Shown: positions 38,149 to 49,708, numbered from the stretch's first letter. The stretch: DNA of 64,000 nucleotides from Octopus sinensis (GCF_006345805.1 NC_043010.1:10168001-10232000), one strand, 5' to 3'. Notes: generated by a model from the sequence alone, not told the origin. Translations and numbers: made by a program.

Positions 38149-38200
38149 AGAGAGACAGATAGAGTCTCATGCAAACATCCTTGTACACATGCACCCAAAC
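37800..38200. repeat. Four-copy minisatellite with an embedded variable (CA)n
   Basis: ATAGAGTCTCATGCAAACATCCTTGTAC starts at 37869, 37959, 38059 and 38159. Confidence 0.9.
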
Positions 38201-38464
38201 ACACGACACGCACATGAGACAATATCACATGAATAATTTGCTTTCCCTTATATATTTTCTATGTATTAAGGTGTTAAATTATGAAATATAGTAGAGCAGG
38301 TGAGAACTATTTGTCATTGTTTTTTCATGGGTTATAACAGTCCGTTGTACCCTGGCTGTCACGAAAGCAACCAAGCAAATGAAAGGTATCATCATGTCTA
38401 GCAGAGCATATGTAATTGAAATAAAGACTTTATGGCTACAATCACATCCTAATATTTAAAGTGT

Positions 38465-38800
38465 TATGCACGTGGCTCAGTGGTTAGACCATCGAGCTTA
38501 CGATCGTGAGGTTGTGAGCTCGAATCCCGAACCGGGCTGCGTGTTGTGTTCTTGAGTGAGACACTTTATTTCACGTTGCTCCAGTTCACTCAGCTGTAGA
38601 AATGAGTTGCGACGTCACAGGTGCCAAGCTGTATCGGCCCTTGCCTTTCTCTTGGACAACATCGGTGACATGGAGAAGGGAGGTCGGTATGCATGGGCTG
38701 GTCTTCCATAAAAAAAAAAAACAACTTTGCCCAGACTTGTGCCTCAGAGGGTAACTCTCTAGGTGCAAACCCATGGTCAGTGTCTGACCGAAGGGGGTCA
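38465..38800 (+). mobile_element. CORE-type tRNA SINE (D-like head, tail Z)
   Basis: GCACGTGGCTCAGTGGTTAG...TTCTTGAGTGAGACACTTTATTTCACGTTGCTCCAGTTCACTCAGCTGTAGAAATGAG (CORE-like), then a tail not seen elsewhere in the window. Confidence 0.8.
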
Positions 38801-39083
38801 CCATCACCATCACCATATGCTAACAGAGGGGTGAAAATGGTGTGATTATAGGAGATAGTAAGGGGACAGAATGTATTTGTTGTTGCTGTTGTTGCAGATG
38901 GTGATGGTAAGAGTATATAGGAAGTGGTGGAAGTTGTTGTAGTTGAGGTAATGCTGTTGCTGTTGTTGATGTTGTTGTTAGTGATGATGACAATTGTTTG
39001 GGGGGTTGATAAACCTGTTTATATTAACATTACCTTCTTCCATCTCCTTCTTGTTTTCCTTTTTATTACTTTTATTACTTTAA

Positions 39084-39465
39084 AGGTGGAGGCGCAATGG
39101 CCCAGTGGTTAGGGCAGTGGACTCGCGGTCGTAGAATTGCGGTTTCGATTCCCATACCGGGCGTTGTGAGTGTTTATTGAGTGAAAACACCTAAAAGCTC
39201 CACGAGGCTCTGTCAGGGGATGGTGGTGATCCCTGCTGTACTCTTTCACCACAACTTTCTCTCACTCTTACTTCCTGTTTCTGTTGTACCTGTATTTCAA
39301 ACGGCCGGCCTTGTCACTCTCTGTGTCACGCTGAATATCCCCGAGAACTACGTTAAGGGTACACGTGTCTGTGGAGTGTTCAGCCACTTACACGTTAATT
39401 TCACGAGCAGGCTGTTCCGTTGATTCGGATCAACCGGAACCCTCGTAGTCGTAACCGACGGAGTG
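39084..39465 (+). mobile_element. tRNA SINE (head C, tail X)
   Basis: GGAGGCGCAATGGCCCAGTGGTTAGGGC...GGTTTCGATTCCC tRNA-like head; the tail is shared with 51795-52125. Confidence 0.85.
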
Positions 39466-39484
39466 CTTCCCCTATTACTTTAAA

Positions 39485-39670
39485 GGGCTGTGAGCTGGCA
39501 GAATCATCAGCATGCTTGACGAAATACTGAGTTCAAATTACGCTGAGGTCAGCTTCGCTTTTCATCCTTTTAGGACTGATAAAGTACAAGTTAAGCACTG
39601 AGGTTAATGTAATTGACAAGTTCCCCTCCCTCAAAAATGCAGGTCTTGTGCCTATAGTACAAAGGATTAT
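39485..39670 (+). mobile_element. SINE family B, diverged and deleted
   Basis: GAGCTGGCAGAATC head and family B body. Confidence 0.7.
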
Positions 39671-39732
39671 CTTAAATCGTGTTAAGCTGGCAGGATTGTT
39701 ACTGCACTTGACGAAATTCATAGGGGCTCAGG

Positions 39733-40144
39733 CTCTCTCTACTCTTTTACTCTTTTACTTGTTTCAGTCATTTGACTGCGGCCATGCTGGAGCACCGCCT
39801 TTAATTGAGCAACTCGACCCCGGGACTTATTGTTTTGTAAGCCCAGTACTTATTCTATCGGTCTCTTTTGCCGAACCGCTAAGTAATGGGGACATAAACA
39901 CACCAGCATCAGTTGTCAAGCAATGCTAGGGGGACCAACACAGACGCACAAACACACACATATATATATATACATATATACGACGGGCTTCTTTCAGTTT
40001 CCATCTACCAAATCCACTCACAAGGCTTTGGTCAGCCAGAGACTATAGTAGAAGACACTTGCCCAAGGTGCCACGCAGTGGGACTGAACCCGGAACCATG
40101 TGGTTGGTAAACAAGCTACTTACCACACAGCCACTCCTGCGCCT
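39733..40144 (-). mobile_element. SINE family A, full length
   Basis: Complete layout on the minus strand. Confidence 0.9.
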
Positions 40145-40839
40145 ATATGTTTTAAGGCTCTTTATGTTTCAAGTTAAAATGCAACAGAGATCAACTTTGC
40201 CTTTCATTCTTTCAGGGTTGATAAAATAAAAACCAGTTGAGCACTCGGGGGAGGGGATCAATGTAGCTGGTTTTACCCTCCCCACAAAAATTTCAGGTTT
40301 TTTGCCTAAATTAGCAGGAATTATTTTTTTTTTAAGAGTCAATAAAAAATCAGAATTGTAGGGGCAACAGACAATATGTCTTGTAACATTTTTTCTCACT
40401 ATTTACATTCAAGGATTAAAATCTCACTGAAATCAATTTTGCCTTTCATTCTTCAATAAATAAAGTACCAGTCAAGTCCTAGGGGCGATGTTGTTGACTT
40501 ACGTACAGCCCCTAGAACTGCTGGCCTTGTGCCTAAATCAGAAACGCTAATTACTATTACCATCGTTATTTTCGTTTCCCCACCTTGTCCCATTTTATGT
40601 AAAACTTCACACTGTTCACTATTCTTGCAATGTCCAAGCACATTAGATTTTATAGCATTGGACAAATTATTTTGCTGCTTCACTTCTGATTCTTTCTGCC
40701 CTGAATTTGAATTTCACCAAAAGTCAACTTCATCTTTCATCTCTTCAGGAGTGTATAAAAATAAGTACAAGTACAGAGGTCAGTTTAAACAACTAACCCA
40801 TTTCCCAAAATCTCAGCCCTTAAATTTATTGTCATCCTC

Positions 40840-40985
40840 CTCATCATCATCATTTAACGTCTGTTTTTCCATGCTGGCATGAGTTGGACAGTTTGGCTGA
40901 GAATTGATAAACTGGGGAGCTACACCGGATTCCAGTCTGATTTGGCATGGTTTCTATGACTAGATGCCCTTCCTAATGGCAAAAC
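40840..40985 (-). mobile_element. RTE 3' end fragment
   Basis: (CAT)n TTTAACGTCTGTTTTTCCATGCTGGCATG. Confidence 0.75.
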
Positions 40986-41399
40986 AACCATTAGCACTTT
41001 GGACAAAATGCTAAACAGCATTTTTTTTCCAGTTGTTCACTTTCTGTGTTCAAATACCACTGAAGTCAACTTTGCCTTTTATCCTTCCAGAGTAACAGTC
41101 ATATACTGGGGATGTAATTGACTTGTCCCATCCTCTCAAAACTGCTCTTGTCATGGCCACAAAGATTTCTGACATCGATGCAATTGATTATTACTTCAGT
41201 ATATTACTGGTACCTGTTTATCAACCACAGAAGGACAAAATGTACTGTTGATCCAGTTGGTTTAGTCTTTATGTGGTAAATCATGTTACTAGAAATAATA
41301 GCCAACTCTCCAGTGAATCAAACCTGACAAACTGCTTTGTAAAAAATTGTAGGACGAATTGGAAGCTTCGGTGTAGGGGTTCTCATCAACCAAGCTCCT

Positions 41400-41575
41400 C
41401 AGCAGTATTTGCTCATATGACCCAGAATAACTTCCAGGGATTTGATGGAATCAAACTGATGCCACACCCAGTATACAATCCAGACCTAGCTCTCTCAGAT
41501 TACTGCTTGTTTCCACCCATGGCTCTCTTCCTGCACTCACAACACTTCATCACACAAAAAGAGGTGAAAGTGTGT
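41400..41575 (+). pseudogene. Mariner transposase fragment
   Basis: LMPHPVYNPDLALSDYCLF corresponds to the mariner HPPYSPDLAPSDY motif. It is cut off by a family B SINE (-) at about 41575-41710. Confidence 0.65.
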
Positions 41576-42243
41576 AACTGGTACTTATTTAATCGACCCC
41601 AAAAGGATGAAAGGCAAAGTCGACCTCGGCGGAATTTGAACTCAGAATGTAACGGCAGATGAAATACGGCTACGCATTTCGCCCGGCATGCTAATGTTTC
41701 TGCCTGCTCAGTGTCTGAAGTCTTTCTACTTATTGACATCCAGTTCTATATTAAACTTTGCTTGACATTTAGATCTTTAGTGGAGGTTGTATCTATAAGG
41801 TCCTTTACTTTGAAGAGCAAGAACTGTTTTCAGCATATTAAAGAACTTGTAAAATAATGTCTTCAGACAGTGTTACTTCAGACAGGCCTCTACTTTGAAT
41901 GCTAGGCTGCTTTTATAGTAACTTGACAAATAAAACCCAATAAGTTTCCAAAATGTTGCAAAACTTTTGACTTAACACAATATTTTAGTAACAGCTCACT
42001 TGAATAAATTTCTAATTTACCTTGACAGCTGTGTTATACAAGTATCAAGAATTTCTAATTATGATTCTTTGCAGATATAAACATAATAATTCATTGTAAT
42101 TACACACCAGCTCTATATATCAATTAAATTATACACCTGCAATAGTTTACATAAACTGTTGAAATCAAATCAGTTGTAAGTTCAACGAGCTGAATTAATT
42201 AGCTTTACAAAATTCTGTTTATTTCCCTACACTTTAACTATTA

Positions 42244-42407
42244 GCACAGGAGTGGCCTTGTGGTAAGTAGCTTGCTAACCAACCACATGGTTCCAGGTTC
42301 AGTCCCACTGCGTGGCATCTTGGGCAAGTGTCTTCTGCTATAGCCTCGGGCCGACCAATGCCTTGAGAGTGGATTTGGTAGACGGAAACTGAAAGAAGCC
42401 TGTCGTA

Positions 42408-42452
<45 letters not shown>

Positions 42453-42655
42453 TTGTGTGTCTGTGTTTGTTCCTCTAGCATTGCTTGACAACCGATGCTG
42501 GTGTGTTTATGTCCCCGTCACTTAGCGATTTGGCAAAAGAGACCGATAGAATAAGTACTGGGCTTACAAAGAATAAGTCCCGGGATCGATTTGCTTGACT
42601 AAAGGCGGTGCTCCAGCATGGCCGCAGTCAAATGACTGAAACAAGTAAAAGATAA
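42244..42655 (+). mobile_element. SINE family A, full length
   Basis: Complete layout. Confidence 0.9.
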
Positions 42656-42671
42656 AAAAAAAAAGAAAGAT

Positions 42672-42960
42672 GCATGTCCTAGTGGTTAGGATGTTGTACT
42701 CCCAATCATGAGATTATGGTTTCAATTCCTAGACTGGGTGGTACGTAGTGTTCTTGAGCAAAACACTTCATCTCATATTACTCAGCAATTACTTTGACAC
42801 CAGACACTTGGCACACTGTGCACCTGTTCAGGTAATTTCGATTTGATGGAGGGAGTGGGCTAATATACAAACACATACATTTGATAACTATAAACGAATC
42901 ATTTGTGCAGGCCGTTCAGCAAAAAAACTGAACACTCATATATCATTTTTGGCAGGAAAA
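42672..42960 (+). mobile_element. CORE-type SINE (D-like head, tail W)
   Basis: GCATGTCCTAGTGGTTAGG...GTTCTTGAGCAAAACACTTCATCTCA followed by a different tail. Confidence 0.6.
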
Positions 42961-43141
42961 TCCACATCATAAACCGATAGAGTTAATTACTAAACTTTTC
43001 TTTGTTACACATAGATGAATAATATGTTGGTTGTAGACTCCAGTGGAAGTGATATCTCTAAAGATATCAGATTTCATTTACTTAAAACATTTATTTATTT
43101 TTATTTTTTGCTGTTGTTGAAGATAGTAAAGAGTGATTTAA

Positions 43142-43291
43142 CCCTTTCGTTACCAACCCGGCTGAAACCGGCTCTGGCTCTTTAGTACAAATGTCTTGTT
43201 TTCATAAGTTTTGAATTAAAATCTTCCACCAAATCTTAGTCACAATTTATGTTCCTAACACTAGCTCAACAGAAATACGGTAACGAAAGGG
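43142..43291 (+). mobile_element. piggyBac-type MITE (150 bp)
   Basis: TTAA at 43138-43141 and 43292-43295; perfect 13-bp TIR CCCTTTCGTTACC / GGTAACGAAAGGG. Confidence 0.9.
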
Positions 43292-44050
43292 TTAAGGGAA
43301 TTTTGCTGTTATTTCATCAAGGGCAAGCGACTACACGGAGACTCTGACAATGGTATGTGGGACATACAAGTAAATTGTTAAGTTATTTAGTACCTATATT
43401 ACAGTGAAGTACAAGTGAAATACTATGAAACTTTTCTTTGGTGGGACAAGAGTCCTTCTACAATTTTGTGGCAGGGGATAAGTCAATTACATTGACCCCA
43501 ATACTCAATTAGTACTTATTTTCTAGACCCCAAAAGAATGAAAGATAAAGTTGACCTCAGAGGAATTTGAACCCAGAATGTTAAGATGGTTGAATTGCTG
43601 GTCCTAAAGATAGCTATTCCCTTCCTACATATTCACATTCATATTATGTCAGTCTTCTCTGTCTCTCCACCATATTTCTAAATACTTCAGTTAATAAGGA
43701 AATATCTCGTACTTGAGAAGGCCTATCCATCTCAGTAAAAATCAAGTCCCACCAAGACATACCCAACAATTTATCGTTTAACACCTGTCCATCCATCAAT
43801 CAATCTTCTTACTGCAGTACTATTCACTCAGGTGTTGTAAATAATGGTTTAAAATTTGGCACAAGACCAGCAATTTCAGAGGAGGAATAAGTAGATTACA
43901 ACAACCCCAGTTTTCAACTGGTACTTATTTTATAAACCCTGAAAGTATGAAAAGCAAAGTAGACCTCGGTGGAATTTGATCTGAGAATGTAAAGACAGAC
44001 AAACTGCCACTAGGCATATTTCTAACAGTTCTGCCAACTCGCCACTTTAA

Positions 44051-44270
44051 CCTTTTCGTTACTGTATTTCTGTTGAGAGGCTCTGTGTTTCTTTCAATTA
44101 CTTTAAATATAACAAAGAATTTAGTAAAATAACTTAGTTATCATTCAGCTAGTGTTAGGAACATAAATTGAGACTAAAGTTTGGTGGAAGATTTTAATTC
44201 AAAACTTATGAAGACAAAACATATGTACTCAGAGCCAGAGCCGGTTTCACCCAGGTTGGTAACGAAAGGG
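44051..44270 (-). mobile_element. piggyBac-type MITE (220 bp), same family, opposite orientation
   Basis: TTAA at 44047-44050 and 44271-44274; the body is the reverse complement of 43142-43291 plus about 70 bp. Confidence 0.9.
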
Positions 44271-44699
44271 TTAAGGTGCTGTAAATAATGCCATTTATTC
44301 ACTACACTTCCCATTGAATCCTTACTACTGTCACTTATCAACTCTTCCTCCTTGACTTACCTTCATTTCCTTCACTTCACCCCACACCCCCAAACTGATA
44401 ATTGATGGGTCTACCTCAATCCCTCATCTCTAATCATCTGTCACGCTATTTTCCTTCTAGTGCCCTTAACTACCCTTTCAAGTACTTTATACCTGTTCTC
44501 TTTCTTATATTCATCTTATGCCTTGAAGGTGTACCAACACCCTCTCTCTCTCTCCTTCTTTCCTGCTGGGAAGGTCTTGCATTCACCTCTTTAGCAAGAG
44601 ACCTGTTCCTATCCTTTTAACATACTTTCACCTCCTTCAATACTCTACCTCACTCAGTTATGGGGTCCTGTTCTGCAAGTACTTGGTAACATGTGCTGG

Positions 44700-45295
44700 T
44701 GCTAGGCAAAGAGCACCAAGTACATGCTGTAAAATGGTTGGCTTTCAAAAGGGCATCTAATTGTAGAAATGTGCCAAAGTAGACATTGGGGTTCAATACT
44801 CTCTTCTGGCTGGTCAGTTCCTGTTTGACAGTCCAGCATGTAAAAAGGGACATTAAATGAAGATGAAGATAAAGACATCATCATCATCATCATCATCATT
44901 TAACGTCCGTTTTCCATGCTAGCATGGGTTGGACGGTTTTGACTGAGGTTGGCAACCAGATGGCTGCACCAGGCTTCAGTCTTAATCTGGCAGAGTTTCT
45001 ACAGCTGGATGCCCTTCCTAACGCCAACCGCTCCGAGAGTGTAGCGGGTGCTTTTTATGTGCCACCGACACGGGGGCCAGTCAGGCGGTACTGGCAATGA
45101 CCTCGCTCGAATCTTTTTACACGTGCCACCGACACAGGTGCCAGTGAAGTGACATTGGTAACGATCACACTCGAATGGTGCCCTTTTACGTGCCACGGGT
45201 ATGGAAGCCAGTTGGCTGCTCTGGCAACGATCACGCTTGGATGGTGTTCTTGGCACCCTACTAGCACAGGCATAAGTGCCAGTAAGGCGACACTG
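44700..45295. mobile_element. Two RTE 3' ends joined tail-to-tail
   Basis: An old + copy at about 44700-44872 ends GGACATTAAATGAAGATGAAG. A younger - copy at about 44876-45295 begins (CAT)n TTTAACGTCCGTTTTCCATGCTAGCATGG. Confidence 0.75.
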
Positions 45296-46059
45296 AATGA
45301 TAAGAATCTTTCTGAAATATATTTGTTATTTATTAAGTTTTGTTATAAGTTTGTATCTTAAAGAAACGAAAGTAACATTAGTTTTGTTTAGATGAATTAA
45401 ACGTCAGTCAAAAATTCGGTATTTTATACGAGTGGTTAACTTGAGAATTTAGCTTGCAAACTGGGAGACATACCTTATTATGTTTTTATCATCAATTTAG
45501 GAATCAAATTTCTGTGACTATATACTTTAGTTGCACTTGGTTACATCATAGAATTAACAGGAGAGGTCTGCTATAGTTTTAGTTTCAGATTCTTGTACAT
45601 TATATATAATCAATATTCTTGGTATTTATTACATTACTGCATACAATGTTACCGAAATTCAAGACTATTTAGAGCAAGCAAAATAGCTGTAACTTGCCAA
45701 GAAAATAAATGAAAAGTTTCTCATAAAATTCTTAATTACAGCCCAATTATAAATAATTGAATTTGATAAATTTATATATTCATTAATTTCAAGTGATGAC
45801 AGTAGGTAAAATAAAATTTTAATATTAATAATTTATAGATTTAATGCTGTTAGAATGTTCATGTTATTATATTACTATAGTTATATCATTCCCTAAAATG
45901 ATTTCTTTGATTATATAATAGTAGTATTTGACTGGTCTGAAATGTGATAAAGTAACAATGAATATTATTATTATTATTATTATAATTATTATTATTATTA
46001 TAATTATTATTATTATTATAATTATCATTATTATTATTATTATTATTATCATTATTAAT

Positions 46060-46250
46060 AAGGCAGCAAGCTAGCAGAATCATTAGCATGCCAGGTGAAA
46101 TGCTTAGTAGTATTTCATCTGCCGCTACGTTCTGAGTTCAAATTCCGCTGAGGTCAACTTTGCCTTTCATCGTTTCGGGGTCGATAAATTAAGTACCAGT
46201 TGCGCACTGGGGTCGATGTAATTGACTTAATACCTATGTCTGTCCTTTAT
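46060..46250 (+). mobile_element. SINE family B
   Basis: Head follows (ATT)n; the tail is truncated at (TA)n. Confidence 0.85.
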
Positions 46251-46319
46251 ATATATATATATATGTGTGTGTCCTATATATATATATATATATAATATAT
46301 ATATATATAATATATATAT

Positions 46320-46600
46320 ATTGATAGATAGATAGATAGATAGATAGATAGGTAGGTAGACAGGCAGACAGACAGACAAACAGACACATAGATAGATAGA
46401 TAGATAGATAGATAACACACGGACACACACACTCGTGGTCTTCGTCGATAACGTCGTATACTACTCAGACTTACTGTCCGCCAACCGACCGGCCGCACTC
46501 TTGCTCGACAGACAGATAGATAGATAGATAGATAGATAGACAGACAGATAGACAGACGGACGGACGGACGGACGGATGGATGGATGGATGGATATAGATA
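46320..46600. repeat. (GATA)n/(GACA)n/(GACG)n/(GATG)n tetranucleotide arrays flanking a 90-bp CpG-rich insert
   Basis: Seen directly. Confidence 0.9.
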
Positions 46601-46854
46601 TATGCATACATTCAGATATGAGCATACATATGTGACGGGTTTCTGGTACTCTTTCAGTGTTTGTACATTAAATTCCCTCACAGGTCAGTGGTAAACCTTG
46701 GGCTATAGCAGAAAGAGCCACTTTACAAGCCACAGTGTTTGTTCAAAACAGTCAGTATTATGTTCTGCTGTTTGTATTGATTCCAAAGCCAGTAAACAGA
46801 GAGGTTTCATAATTAATGTGTTTCAAATGATTTGCTTTCCTTTATTTATTTATA

Positions 46855-47258
46855 GGTGCAGGAGTGGCTGTGTGGTAAGTAGCTTGCCTACCAACCACAT
46901 GGTTCCGGGTTCAGTCCCACTGCATGGCACCTTCTACTAGTGTCTTCTGCTATAGCCCCGGGCCAACCAATGCCTTGTGAGTGGATTTGGTAGACGGAAA
47001 CTGAAAGAAGCCTGTCGTATATATGTATATGTATATATATGTATGTGTGTGTTTGTGTGTCTGTGTTTGTCCCCCTAGCATTGCTTGACAACCGATGCTG
47101 GTGTGTTTACGTCCCCGTCACTTAACGGTTTGGCAAAAGAGACCGATAAAATAAGTACTGGGCTTACAAAAAGAATAAGTCCTGGGGTCGATTTGCTCGA
47201 CTAAAGGCGGTGCTCCAGCATGGCCACAGTCAAATGACTGAAACAAGTAAAAGAGAGA
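46855..47258 (+). mobile_element. SINE family A, full length
   Basis: Complete layout with a small deletion at TTGGGCAAG. Confidence 0.9.
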
Positions 47259-48353
47259 GCCATTTATTATTTAACACAATTATTTTGTTGTTTTTTTTTT
47301 TTATATTGAATACGTACCTCTGCGGTTGGCCAGGGATTACTCAATGGAAAGAAATATGTATTTTTATAAGTTTCATCGGCTTAAAAGTATAAAAATAAAA
47401 ACTACTAGTGATAGCACAGATTGATGACAAATATATTACAATCATGGAGGAGAGACATCGGTAAGTATTTTATATTATAAAATTGGTGATGATGGAGATT
47501 ATGGTGGTTGAAGAACCAACAATGATATCATCGTTGCAGGATGGAATGGAGCAGGAGTCAGGTGTATGGATGATTGAATTTTCATGATTTATCATTGTCA
47601 TGATTTTTAAGCCTCTTCCTTTTTTGTCCTCATCATCATCCCTGTTGTCACAATGCTCCTCTTTTACTTCCTCCTCCCTCTCCTCCTTCACCTCCTCCTC
47701 CTCCTCCTTCAACTCATTGCCATCACCATTTATCATCGTCATCCATATCGCAGTCCCCTATTTATCATTCCAGACCTTATCATCATCACCATCATCGTCG
47801 TCGTCGTCGTCATCATCATCATCATCATCACCATCATTATCATCATCATAATTGCCATCATTGTCATCGTCATCATCATCACCATCATTGTTGTTGTTGT
47901 TGTCAGCATCGATTGTTATCATAGAACAAAATGAAGACATTATCAAAATTGTTATCATATTCATTTCTAACAAAGGTGCAGGTTCCAAAATCCAGGTGAG
48001 CAGAAGGAGAAATGGCGATTATGTTTTTATTGACCCAGGAGAGATAAAGTTAGCCTTGGTGGGATTTGATCTTAAATCGAAGTGACTCAGGACAAATACT
48101 GTGAAGCATTCTCTTTGATGTTCTAATAGCTCAGCTGACCAACCGTCCTTTAAATTCTTTACACCATGAAACAGTTTTATAAACATCTATGAAATTAGGT
48201 ATCTAAGTTAGGTACATAAATAGCAATAAGAATATTAAAAATATCTTCAGGTGTCACTAGTTCAAAACTATATATATCTAAATTTATTGAGTTTATATAT
48301 ATATATGTATTTGCATAGCAAGTGACCTGATCTGAGATCGTGTGCTGGAACGA

Positions 48354-48645
48354 AAACAATTGCAGCGTGGAAGGTGTTTATAAGCCATTTAAGAAACACA
48401 CAAAAACCGTTAGACTCACTTCAACATTTAAATTTAATTTTTTAAAATATTTTCGTCGCTTTGAGACTGTGACCTGTTCACTGACAAAATTCCATGATGC
48501 AGCACAAAATTTTGTCAGTGATCAGGTCGCGGTCTCAAAGAAACGAAAATATTTTGAAAAATTAAATTTATATGTTGAAGTGAATCTAACGGTTTTTGTG
48601 TGTTTCTTAAATGGCTTATAAACACCTTCCATGTTGCAATTGTTT
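48354..48645. repeat. Long fold-back inverted repeat flanked by (TA)n
   Basis: 138-bp arms at 48354-48491 and 48508-48645, about 10 mismatches by manual count, 16-nt loop. Confidence 0.92.
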
Positions 48646-48693
48646 ATATATTTATGTGACCTTGTGTGTACCGTTGGCGATTTTTTTCCCACT

Positions 48694-48847
48694 GTCTTCC
48701 CTTCTCTAGATCTTTCCTTCTCCTATGTTTCCAACGAAGAGCTCCACTCGAAACGTTAAACCCTCCTTCTTTCCTGAGCGTCCAATAATACTATATTTGT
48801 TCCACGTCCTCGCGTTGTTGTGTTTTTGTGCTTTCTTGTTTGGATTA

Positions 48848-48852
<5 letters not shown>
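48694..48852 (+). mobile_element. Second copy of the hammerhead-bearing short element
   Basis: Homologous to 19824-19990. Motif GUUU CCAACGA A GAGC-UCC-ACUC GAA ACGU U AAAC at 48727-48761; the element ends at (TA)n. Confidence 0.7.
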
Positions 48853-48901
<49 letters not shown>

Positions 48902-49161
48902 TATACATATGTATATACAATATATACATACATATATATACATACTCACACACAAACACACACACATGTGCATATGTGTATATATGTAGGTATGTATATG
49001 TATATGCCTTTTAATTATAAGGGTCCATTAAGAGTCAAGTCATCATATGAAGATGAAGCTTGCCATTAATTGGCTAGACAAAATCACGTGGTATACAAAA
49101 TATTTAACAAAGAATAAAATGTATAGAGTGGCATAAAATTAAAAAAAGTGTATTTATAAAT

Positions 49162-49248
49162 GTTGTTACAATTGTTTCGTAGGAAGCGTTTATCTCGATG
49201 TAAGCAAAATACATTTATTCAATGCGACTCCCAAGCTGATCAGGCAAC
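49162..49248 (-). ncRNA. Hammerhead-like motif with a long stem II
   Basis: Minus strand reads GUUGC CUGAUCA G[CU]UGGGAG...CUUCCUAC GAA ACAAUUGU A ACAAC. Confidence 0.4.
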
Positions 49249-49275
49249 TTCTCAAAATGGAATGACACAATGACT

Positions 49276-49694
49276 TACTCTCTTACTCTTTTACTCTTTT
49301 AGTTATTTCGGTCATTTGACTGCGGCCATGCTGGAGCACCACCTTTAGTCGAGCAAATCAACCCCGGGACTTATTCTTTGTAGGCCCAGTACTTATTCTA
49401 TCAGTCTCTTTTTGCCGAACCGCTAAGTCACGGAGATGTAAACACACCAGCATCGATTGTCAAGTGATGGTGGGGGGACAAACACAGACACACAAACATA
49501 TACACACACATACATATATATACATATATACGACAGGCTTCTTTCAGCTTCCATCTACCAAATCCCCTCACAAGGCATTGGTTGGCCCGGGGCTATAGCA
49601 GAAGACACTTGCCCAAGATGCCACACAGTGGGACTGAACCCAGAACCATGTAGTTGGTTAGCAAGCTACTTACCACACAGCCACTCCTGCACCT
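49276..49694 (-). mobile_element. SINE family A, full length
   Basis: Complete layout on the minus strand. Confidence 0.9.
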
Positions 49695-49708
49695 ATATAT
49701 TATATAAT

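Noticed and set aside
37869-38200. CRISPR-like repeat-spacer periodicity
   Set aside because: The context is eukaryotic, the variable parts are only (CA)n, and there are no cas genes.
39084-39160. tRNA-like sequences at SINE heads
   Set aside because: They have A/B boxes but no complete cloverleaf or acceptor stem, and they continue into SINE bodies; they are not tRNA genes.
43322-43352. Apparent micro-exon with a strong GTATGT donor
   Set aside because: It resembles a decayed interspersed repeat and abuts a MITE; there is no independent support.
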